A DNA stretch of 64,000 bases from the IMG/VR virus record IMGVR_UViG_3300036803_000075, positions 1 to 64,000 of that record, one strand, 5' to 3'. Within the stretch, counting starts at the first letter, position 1. Each line of letters begins with the position of its first letter. This DNA comes from a virus (Duplodnaviria; Caudoviricetes). The position numbers and the translations under genes were made by a program. Below are positions 36,575 through 43,781 of this stretch, in pieces. The notes under the pieces were generated by a model. It ran no database searches. It was not told the DNA's origin and saw only the letters and a list, made by a program, of their open reading frames with translations.

Positions 36575-38164
36575 CTAGAACGGCCAGGTCGCAGACTGCC
36601 GAGCCTCCAGGAGGCCGATCATCTTGAACGTCTGGTCATTCATACCGCCAAACTCGTGGCGGTTGTCCTTGCCGGTTCCAACCTGGGTGTTGGCGTACCC
36701 ACCCAAGTTGAACCCATAGATCGGGATGTTCGCCGGCACCAGCGTGTCCGCCGGGTCGAGGGCAGAGCCTCCCCACGAGGAGCCGAAGGTCTGCATGTCG
36801 CTGATTACGACGACCCGCTGGTGTACGCCCCGCTTGAAGTGCGTCTTGAGTGCCCGGTGCATCTCCGTACCGTGACCGACCTCGCCGACCCGGTTGACGA
36901 ACCTCTCGACCTCCTTGAGCAGCGAACCGCCCTTGGGGATCTTGTGCGTGAACGTGCTGTTGGCGAAGCCGACCAGGTCCACGTCCTGACCCGCCTTGGC
37001 CAGCGCCACCCCGAAGATCGCCGCCGAGTGAACCGGCGAGACCTTGGAGCGCTCCGAGTACGTGCTGGTCATCGACGCCGAGGTGTCCACCAGGATCAGG
37101 GTCTTGCCGGACAGGGCCGGGATGTTCTGAACCGAGTGGGTCAGCGCCTCGTCCAGGGCCTGCCCCCACGCGAGGCTCGGAGCCGCCTGGTAAGCACTCC
37201 AAAACCGGTAGGGGAACTGCCGCGACCGAGCAACCTGCTCCGGATCGGAGAGACGCTCTGCGACGGCCTTACGAGCCGCCGGAGAGATCCCCGCCTCGTC
37301 GAAATTCCGAAGGTTCCGAAGCAGAGCCATGTAGCCCATCGACGGCGCGATTTTCTCCCAGACCTCAGCGTCCATCGGACCCTGGATCCAGCCCGAGATG
37401 GCCTCCCAGGTCATGCCAGCGTCCTTGAGCGTCTGCGGCGACATCTCCCGCAGTGCCTTCCGACGGTCAGCGACCGGAATCTCCTCCAGCTTGGTGCGCT
37501 GGAAGATCATCTTGAGCGAGTCCGGGACCTGGAGATCCGCCCGGTTGTGGCGCTTGTCGAGCAGGTACTTGTACAGGTCGGACTTCCAGGGCGCGACCGG
37601 CTGCGGGTGTACGAGGTCGATCACGTCGGCCATCCGGAAGGCCCGGGACTGGCCGTCGTACTTCATCGACGAGTACTCGTTGTAGACCTTGTCCACCGCG
37701 TCCGCGACACCGCGCTTGAGACCACCAGAGACCTTGTAGCCCATGGTCTGGGCGTACGCGAGGATCTCAGCCGGCTCATCCGCCCGAGACACCGCACTGG
37801 CGATGACACCCCGGGGCAGCGGGCCACCGGCCTTGGCGTACTCCACCGCAGCGACGATCGAGGCCGAACGCATGTTGGCCTCGTTGCGGAGCCAGGGGAT
37901 CAGCCGGCGGATCCAGTCCGGGTCTTCCTTGGTGACCTGGCGAACGAGATCCCGGAAGCGCCGGTCGCGGTCTCCGGCCTTCTCGTAAAACGAGTCTTCA
38001 CCCACCATGTTGACCACGGCGAGCATGAACAGGTCGGACTTAGCGTCCCGCGAATACGCGGTCGCGCCCTCATACGAGATGGCGTCCGCACCGGTTGCCT
38101 GCACCGGACTGGTGAGCGTCGCGGTCGCGCCGCGCGCCTTGGCCTTCGAGTCGAACTTACCCAT
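36575..38164 (-). CDS. rsr: Ro60/TROVE-vWA RNA-binding protein (Rsr-like)
   Basis: RADEP, MTWE, MALLRNLRN, SRQFP, vWA MIDAS DTSASM, SDMQ; start at 38164 chosen from RBS spacing. Confidence 0.92.
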   Translation of the reverse strand: MGKFDSKAKARGATATLTSPVQATGADAISYEGATAYSRDAKSDLFMLAVVNMVGEDSFYEKAGDRDRRFRDLVRQVTKEDPDWIRRLIPWLRNEANMRSASIVAAVEYAKAGGPLPRGVIASAVSRADEPAEILAYAQTMGYKVSGGLKRGVADAVDKVYNEYSSMKYDGQSRAFRMADVIDLVHPQPVAPWKSDLYKYLLDKRHNRADLQVPDSLKMIFQRTKLEEIPVADRRKALREMSPQTLKDAGMTWEAISGWIQGPMDAEVWEKIAPSMGYMALLRNLRNFDEAGISPAARKAVAERLSDPEQVARSRQFPYRFWSAYQAAPSLAWGQALDEALTHSVQNIPALSGKTLILVDTSASMTSTYSERSKVSPVHSAAIFGVALAKAGQDVDLVGFANSTFTHKIPKGGSLLKEVERFVNRVGEVGHGTEMHRALKTHFKRGVHQRVVVISDMQTFGSSWGGSALDPADTLVPANIPIYGFNLGGYANTQVGTGKDNRHEFGGMNDQTFKMIGLLEARQSATWPF

Positions 38165-38177
38165 GATCATTTCTCCT

Positions 38178-38200
38178 TCCGAGAACAGAACCGCATCGGA
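38178..38200 (-). promoter_or_regulatory. minimal Y-RNA-stem hairpin abutting the Ro60 RBS
   Basis: UCCGAUGCG...UGUUCUCGGA reproduces the terminal stem of the adjacent Y RNAs and runs into AGGAG. Confidence 0.6.
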
Positions 38201-38265
38201 TAAAATGGAGCTGAAAGGGACGGTGCAATCCTGGGTATCGCAACACTAATGGTCCCTAAAGGTTC

Positions 38266-38336
38266 TGCCGAGAACCAAGCTGGCAATGGGGTTGGTTTCA
38301 TTAACAGTGAAGTACCCAGCGCCATACGCATCGACA
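38266..38336 (-). ncRNA. short Y-RNA-like ncRNA (no tRNA domain)
   Basis: GUCGAUGCG...GGGUACUUC...UGGUUCUCGGC conserved stem motifs. Confidence 0.65.
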
Positions 38337-38342
38337 AAACAG

Positions 38343-38498
38343 AGCCCCAGATGAGGGTTGAACTCACCTCTAAGGCACACCTAGCGGCGCCGACGTAGGG
38401 CTACTACGCGCTACCTCTATCAACCAGTGTGCCCAGAGTCGCCCTTCGGAAGGTGGCTGATCAACCACCCGTATACCGACCGCGACCGAGGCATGGGG
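38343..38498 (-). ncRNA. structured tRNA-like ncRNA of unknown class
   Basis: 3' T-arm GUGAG-UUCAACC-CUCAU, CCCCA/UGGGG closing stem, internal hairpins. Confidence 0.4.
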
Positions 38499-38629
38499 TC
38501 CGCTGAGGACAGGTGCTGCAGGAGATGCATTAGGCCGCTCTGCCACGACCAACCCCACAGGGCTGGCGGAGGGATTCGAACCCTCGATTCCTGTTGAAAG
38601 AAGTAACCCGCGTGCGACGCTTCAGCGGA
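38499..38629 (-). ncRNA. YrlA-like Y RNA
   Basis: Ro stem, GGUUACUUC, and permuted tRNA domain (T arm, looped acceptor, D arm). Confidence 0.8.
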
Positions 38630-38657
38630 AGCAAAACTATGGAGTTATCAAGTTGGA

Positions 38658-38789
38658 CGGAGCTGAGTACCAATCGAGAAAGGTAACGTAGCGTGCGGCC
38701 ATTACACTACAGACCGAAGTCCGCTGGGATTCGAACCCAGACTGCCCTTTTATCAGAAGGAAGTAACCCATCTCTGCGCTTCAGCACCG
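38658..38789 (-). ncRNA. YrlA-like Y RNA
   Basis: Ro stem; T arm CUGGG-UUCGAAU-CCCAG; UUCG-capped acceptor; D arm UAGUGUAAUGG. Confidence 0.8.
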
Positions 38790-38811
38790 AAGCTATGGAG
38801 TTGTTGTGGTT

Positions 38812-38946
38812 GTCGCTGAGAACCAAGTCGATCTAGGACTTGAGCCTGCTGCTCTACCAATTGAGCTACACCCCGAAGGGTGACCGGACTTGAACCGGCA
38901 ACACGCAGATTAGGTTAGAAGTAACCCAGATCTCCGCATCAGCGAC
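38812..38946 (-). ncRNA. YrlA-like Y RNA
   Basis: Ro stem; T arm; CACCC-UUCG-GGGUG acceptor; D arm UAGCUCAAUUGGUAGAGC. Confidence 0.82.
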
Positions 38947-39012
38947 GAAGTCTTACTCCTGGCGACGAGTAACCCATGGGCATCGTTCATTACTTAGTCG
39001 CCAGGAAATTGG

Positions 39013-39146
39013 TGCTGCTGAGTACAGGTTGACCAGCGGTTGGACCCGGTGCACCGGAGGACCGGGTGGTGGGTATCTCGACCCACCCTTGCGTAAGAGC
39101 CCTGGGGCTCTGGTGAGAAGTAACCGATGACCGCGCTTCAGCAGCG
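39013..39146 (-). ncRNA. Y-RNA-like ncRNA with non-tRNA three-hairpin effector domain
   Basis: Same terminal stem and GGUUACUUC; three internal hairpins replace the T/acceptor/D arms. Confidence 0.7.
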
Positions 39147-39161
39147 TTCATGCTTTGGGGT

Positions 39162-39300
39162 TGATGCCGAGAACCAAACGATGCAGGTACGTACGCGCGC
39201 TACCAATTGCGCCATCGCCCGAAGGAGCCGGGCGACCTGGACTCGAACCAGGAACCTCGTCATCCGATATGAAGTATCCCGCAAACACACATCGGCATCA
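39162..39300 (-). ncRNA. YrlA-like Y RNA
   Basis: UGAUGCCGA/UCGGCAUCA stem; T arm CCUGG-UUCGAGU-CCAGG; looped acceptor; D arm GGCGCAAUUGGUAGCGC. Confidence 0.82.
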
Positions 39301-39419
39301 CAATATGGAGTTGTGAAAGTGCTAGGAGGTGCAGCCGGGGGTCTAGCTGTCGACTCCGTGGAGTCCGTCGCCGGTCCCCCTGGCTGCGAGTGCAACCCTG
39401 TCATCGCTTCAAACGGTTG

Positions 39420-39710
39420 TCAACCCGTTTTGGCATCCGGGATTAAAAAATCTTGGTGGAGGACATCCTTCATCAGCTCGTCTATGGCCGCGACCACCAG
39501 ATCCTGCGAGTCAGCCACATGGACCACCTCCAGTTCCACCTTGGCATCGGACCGCGCCGGACCCAGGGTAATCCCCAGATCGATCTGCCGGAGGAACTGG
39601 TGTCCCTCGCACAGGTCGTACGCCCGATCCATCAGCTCGTCCGCCTGCTCTTCGGTGAGGCCAGCGGGCTCCAGATACGTCAGCACCATGAATTTCAGCT
39701 CTTCGTCCAC
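39420..39710 (-). CDS. small acidic hypothetical protein
   Basis: ORF within the ncRNA cluster. Confidence 0.5.
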   Translation of the reverse strand: MDEELKFMVLTYLEPAGLTEEQADELMDRAYDLCEGHQFLRQIDLGITLGPARSDAKVELEVVHVADSQDLVVAAIDELMKDVLHQDFLIPDAKTG

Positions 39711-39711
39711 G

Positions 39712-39785
39712 TGCTCCCGACAGGAGTCGAACCTGCAAACAACTGGGCTTGAGCCAGCCGGCTATGCCATTTCGCCTACGGAAGC
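39712..39785 (-). tRNA. tRNA-Leu(CAA), short variable loop
   Basis: Cloverleaf; anticodon loop CTCAAGC; A discriminator. Confidence 0.8.
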
Positions 39786-39835
39786 GAGAGACGCGATGGG
39801 TTATTGGGTATCGCAGGCCGTCTGGCATCTCTCTG

Positions 39836-39909
39836 TAGCGGGGGCCAGATTTGAACTGGCGACCTACGGGTTATGAGCCCGCCGAGCTACCAAACTGCTC
39901 CACCCCGCC
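39836..39909 (-). tRNA. tRNA-Met(CAT), initiator-like
   Basis: Three G-C pairs closing the CTCATAA loop; G1-U72 pair. Confidence 0.88.
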
Positions 39910-40003
39910 AAGACCTGGCCCCGCCGAACGAGTACCAGGTGGTACGCGCCGGTTGCCTAAGCCGGCGGTTTGTGACTAGGTCACAGGCTGACTGACGATA
40001 CCA

Positions 40004-40417
40004 CTAGGCGGTCGGAGCCGCCGGGGTGTTCGCGGTGACCGCGTCAGCGACCCGCTGCTTCTCAGCGTTGATCGTGTCGATGACAGCCTGAATCTTGGCC
40101 GGGTCGGTCTGGGCCGCAGCGAGCTGGGCCGCGATGTTGTCCAGGAGCGTGATGATCGACTCGTCCACGGTGGACGCGTCGGCTACCGCCTGGGTGAGGT
40201 CGTCGAGAGTCGCCATTTCGGCAGTTTCCTTTCGGTCTACATTGGCCAGCAGTTCGTAAATGATCCGCTGGTTGTACAGGATCGCGCCCTGACCCTGGGC
40301 AATCGCCACGACCCAGTCGTACAGGTCGTTGTACGGGTGAGGGCGTCGGTGGAGATTCAGCAGCTCTTGGGGCTGCCTCAGGGGATCGGTCACGGAGTCA
40401 GTGTAGGCCCGAGCCAC
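40004..40417 (-). CDS. coiled-coil hypothetical protein
   Basis: ORF; strong internal start MATLDD at 40216 with AAAGGA RBS. Confidence 0.55.
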   Translation of the reverse strand: MARAYTDSVTDPLRQPQELLNLHRRPHPYNDLYDWVVAIAQGQGAILYNQRIIYELLANVDRKETAEMATLDDLTQAVADASTVDESIITLLDNIAAQLAAAQTDPAKIQAVIDTINAEKQRVADAVTANTPAAPTA

Positions 40418-40488
40418 GCTTATCGCGCAACCTGTACGATCGCCGGCCGGAGCGGAATTACCGCTTCAATCGACCAAAAGGAGAACTC

Positions 40489-40710
40489 ATGGGCTTTTTC
40501 GACGACGACAAGCCGTACCGGTCCGGACCCAACCGGCGGGAGACCCACCGCCAGCAGTCCGACGGCTCCTGGCTGCCGGACAACGACCTGACCGAGTGGG
40601 ACTGCAACCGCCAGGCCAAGGTGCTCCTGCTGATCGGCGTAGCGGGCCTCAGCGCCATCCTGGGGATCCTGGGAGTAGGTATCTGGGGACTGGTGACCTG
40701 GCTCAGCTAG
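40489..40710 (+). CDS. small membrane protein
   Basis: AAGGAG RBS; C-terminal TM helix; hairpin downstream. Confidence 0.6.
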   Translation: MGFFDDDKPYRSGPNRRETHRQQSDGSWLPDNDLTEWDCNRQAKVLLLIGVAGLSAILGILGVGIWGLVTWLS

Positions 40711-40817
40711 AGTACGGATACAGGCCCCGAGCGTCGCAATCGCGCTCGGGGCCTGGCTATGAGTTAGCATCTGACTCAGCCTCGGGACGGAAACCATTCC
40801 CCCGGTCTCGGGGTCAT

Positions 40818-40886
40818 AGGGGAGCCTTCGGCAAGGCGGCTGGTCTCCAACACCGGCCGGAGAGGGTTCGACACCTTCCTCCTCTG
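40818..40886 (+). tRNA. tRNA-Trp(CCA) with atypical D arm
   Basis: Acceptor AGGGGAG/CTCCTCT; anticodon loop CTCCAAC; T loop TTCGACA. Confidence 0.7.
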
Positions 40887-40889
40887 CTT

Positions 40890-40993
40890 GGGCGAGTCAA
40901 CGCGCGGTGTCCATGAGGGTTTAGTTGCGCGAAGGCTGGTGCAAGAGGGGCCAAACCTTACGCTCCTGGGTCCAAGGCCCAGCCTGCTCGCCC
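40890..40993 (+). ncRNA. tRNA-like structured RNA
   Basis: GGGCGAG/CTCGCCC closing stem; 3' hairpin CTGGG-TCCAAGG-CCCAG. Confidence 0.4.
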
Positions 40994-41026
40994 GTTTTCT
41001 TCCTCGGTACGGCCGACTCCCGATGT

Positions 41027-41269
41027 TTATATCTCGGGATCACCTGTTCGTTCAGGCCAGTGCCACGTGCCGCCCACCCGCTGCAATCCTCGGTCATCAA
41101 GATCAAAGCCGCCAAGCTCTAGCGGGTGGTGGTCCATCTTGTACTCCATGAAGACCGTCGCGCCGATCCGCTCGGGGTGCCGGCGGTCTACCTCGGTCAC
41201 CATGGCCGCGTAGCAGCGGTACAGGTCTGGGGTGGCGATATGAACGATCCGGCCGACGGAGGGGTTCAC
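41027..41269 (-). CDS. hypothetical protein
   Basis: MNPSVGRIVH...GTWHWPER, a common small phage protein pattern; GTG start coupled to the upstream stop. Confidence 0.6.
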   Translation of the reverse strand: MNPSVGRIVHIATPDLYRCYAAMVTEVDRRHPERIGATVFMEYKMDHHPLELGGFDLDDRGLQRVGGTWHWPERTGDPEI

Positions 41270-41436
41270 CAGCGGTACCAACGGCCGCCGCCGCCACTGG
41301 ACCGCACGAAGAACCCGACCAGCCAGATCACCAGCACGACCACCGCGATGATCCAGAGGAAGTGCAGGGCTGAGCCCAGGAAGCCGCCCCCGAAGAGCAG
41401 CACGATCACCAGCAGTACTACCAGGAGAGCAATCAT
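41266..41436 (-). CDS. small hydrophobic membrane protein
   Basis: 56-aa ORF MIALLVVLLVIVLLFGGG...RWYRW, coupled at both ends (absent from the ORF track). Confidence 0.65.
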   Translation of the reverse strand: MIALLVVLLVIVLLFGGGFLGSALHFLWIIAVVVLVIWLVGFFVRSSGGGGRWYRW

Positions 41437-41912
41437 GTCCGCAGAGTACCCACATTTTGGCCGATGGCGCGGTCTTCTTCAATCTCACTCCAGAAGTCGT
41501 CCCAGAACGGCTGCTGTGTAGCTAACCAGCTCGGCGGAAACATCACCGTCCGCAGCGGAACGACTGCGCCCCACTCCTTGATATTCACCCATTCCCACCC
41601 TGAGCAGCGATGAGGCTCTCGATTGACCGGATCAAGGTCACCTGGGCGGGCGCTGACATAGAAGTGAACGTAGTGGTCATGGCCATAGAGGCCGGGGTCG
41701 TTGACAACACCTCGAACTCGCACGTCAGTGAGCAGCAGCCCGCACTCTTCCTCAGCCTCCCTGAGGGCGGTCTCCTGGATGGTCTCTCCATATTCCACAT
41801 GGCCGCCCGGAGCTGCCCAGAGACCGTCTCCGACACCCTTACGCCTGCCCAGGAGTACCTTCCCCTCCCGGTAGATCCAGATGCCTACTCCTACCCGGAT
41901 GTGTCTCTCCAT
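41433..41912 (-). CDS. NUDIX hydrolase
   Basis: Nudix box GGHVEYGETIQETALREAEEECGL; leaderless layout TAGACT-N7-ATG. Confidence 0.9.
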   Translation of the reverse strand: MERHIRVGVGIWIYREGKVLLGRRKGVGDGLWAAPGGHVEYGETIQETALREAEEECGLLLTDVRVRGVVNDPGLYGHDHYVHFYVSARPGDLDPVNREPHRCSGWEWVNIKEWGAVVPLRTVMFPPSWLATQQPFWDDFWSEIEEDRAIGQNVGTLRT

Positions 41913-42425
41913 GGCAGACAGTCTAAACAGACCTTTTTCTAGGTCTACCTCTCTATAGATACCTATTACATCTTGTTATATGTACTTAAACATGGGAAGG
42001 GCTAACCCCACCCCATGCGCCGAGGCTCCGTGAGACCGCTCCTCTGGGCACGCCCATGGGACGGCCGACTTTTTGTGCGTCGTCGACCGCCTCAGGTACC
42101 CGCAGGGCTAGCAAGGCCTCTACGCCGGGAGCCGGTTCTCCCAAGTCTCTGACCGGACCTGCTCTCGTACGCCCTGCCGGACGTACCGGGGTCAGCAGAC
42201 AGCGACCCGTCGTGCTCAATGCTTACTGCGCTGGTGGGGTATTTGATGGGTGTCAGTTGGGTCATCAAGTTGGAAGTTCGAAGACAACGTTCCAAGGCTT
42301 GCAGATTCTTGGGGAACCCGCGTAACCTCAAACCGTTCTCTTCGCCGAGGGAACACACTAGACCTCCAGCCGTAGAGTGGCAATGCCCTCCGGACCTACT
42401 GGAGGTCTAGTGCGGTCTAGGCACA

Positions 42426-42456
42426 GAAAAGCCCCTCAGAGCGAATCTGAGGGGCT
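42426..42456 (-). terminator. intrinsic terminator
   Basis: AGCCCCTCAGA/TCTGAGGGGCT stem plus U-tract. Confidence 0.75.
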
Positions 42457-42470
42457 GACTGCTGTCGGGG

Positions 42471-43265
42471 CTACCTGGCCCAGGGCTCGAAGGGCCTGGT
42501 CTCCCAGGTGCCGTGTCGCATGCCGGCCTGACGCCGTATGGCGTCCAGCTCCTGCATGTGCCGGTGGGCGCTCTTCTGCTCCGCCTGGTCGGCCACCGAG
42601 TCCGGGTAGAGGTGCCGGTACGACTCGTACTCCTTCGGGGCGCTCGTCCCGTACTTGTTGTAGATGTGCTTGTACTTCTCCGCGTGGGCGGCCGGGTCCT
42701 CGTGCCGCAGCGGATCCTGGTGCGGGTCCAGATAGTGATCCTGGAACGTCCCGAGGTTGAAGTACGCCTTCTGCTTGTTCTTCAAGGCGAACTTGCGGAC
42801 GTGGTCCTCTTTGTCGAAGTGCTTGGAGGCGTCCAGGTAAACCGAGCCGTCGGACTTGTCCAGCCAGCCGCCCTGGTGAGCGCCAGGTTCCAAGAGCTTG
42901 TCCTTCATGGCGTCACGGTGGCTGGCGAGATCCTCAGGCTTGAGATCCTGGAGCTTGTGGACCCGACCAAATCCCTTGCCCTCGGTGTCCTCGTACGAGG
43001 CCATGAAGCCCTTCTTGGGGCTGTCCCGCCAGGGATGCGAGGAGAAGCCACCGTTGGAGATCACATCGTGCAGGCGGTTGCGGTCGAAGTCGGAAACGCC
43101 AGGCGGATTGATCTGGGCAGCGGTCCGGGTCGCGGTACGGCCCAGGCCGACCAGCAGCCGGTGTGCTTCGTCCGGATCCTCCGGCAGGATGACATGGACC
43201 ATCCGCTCGCCGCCGCCGGACGCGGCGGTACGGGCAAGCGACCATTGCTCGGACAGAAGGCTCAT
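42471..43265 (-). CDS. hypothetical protein with RTA motifs
   Basis: Long ORF; RTAAS and RTATRTAA motifs; GGW..VYLDAS domain. Confidence 0.65.
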   Translation of the reverse strand: MSLLSEQWSLARTAASGGGERMVHVILPEDPDEAHRLLVGLGRTATRTAAQINPPGVSDFDRNRLHDVISNGGFSSHPWRDSPKKGFMASYEDTEGKGFGRVHKLQDLKPEDLASHRDAMKDKLLEPGAHQGGWLDKSDGSVYLDASKHFDKEDHVRKFALKNKQKAYFNLGTFQDHYLDPHQDPLRHEDPAAHAEKYKHIYNKYGTSAPKEYESYRHLYPDSVADQAEQKSAHRHMQELDAIRRQAGMRHGTWETRPFEPWAR

Positions 43266-43472
43266 GAAAAGATCTTAACCGCCATACCCCAAAGAATCTA
43301 TGATTGCCAGGACGGACCGCCGGAAGTTACGTTTCAGTCCTCGGGAGCTGTCATATGTAGGAGTCTTTGGGGGTCTCTCAATACCACGCTCTACCAAGAA
43401 AACTGGGTGGCGTGATAGCGTGACTACGAGGTCACACAATTCGGGGAGGCAGTTATCAGCATCGACCAGTCG

Positions 43473-43781
43473 GTGGCATCTGCCGTAGCCGGCGCCCATC
43501 TGATCGAGCGGGCCCTGCACGACCCACATAACTGGGAGATCGGCTGGGGCCCCTTCCGCGTACCCGCGATCCGCCAGGTACTCCATGACAAGGTGGTCTT
43601 CACCGCTACCTTCCCATCCAGCTTTGGGTCGTACGAGCCGCTGCTGAGCCTCTACGTCGACGGAGAGCTGCAGTCGGTACGCGCGGTACCGGCGGTTGAT
43701 GACGAGGGCCGAGAGACTGGCTCCGTGCCCTTTGAGGTTCGCTGGGAATTGGCCGTTGGCCAGCAGCCCATCGCAGCCTGA
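43473..43781 (+). CDS. hypothetical protein
   Basis: First ORF of the plus-strand island. Confidence 0.5.
   Translation: MASAVAGAHLIERALHDPHNWEIGWGPFRVPAIRQVLHDKVVFTATFPSSFGSYEPLLSLYVDGELQSVRAVPAVDDEGRETGSVPFEVRWELAVGQQPIAA

Noticed and set aside
38499-39300. Extra tRNA genes suggested by TTCGA and TAGCTCA motifs
   Set aside because: Arm order is permuted (T, acceptor, D) with no free acceptor end, so these are Y-RNA domains
40890-40993. HDV-like (theta) ribozyme downstream of tRNA-Trp
   Set aside because: The 5' stem pairs with the extreme 3' end instead of forming the nested double pseudoknot
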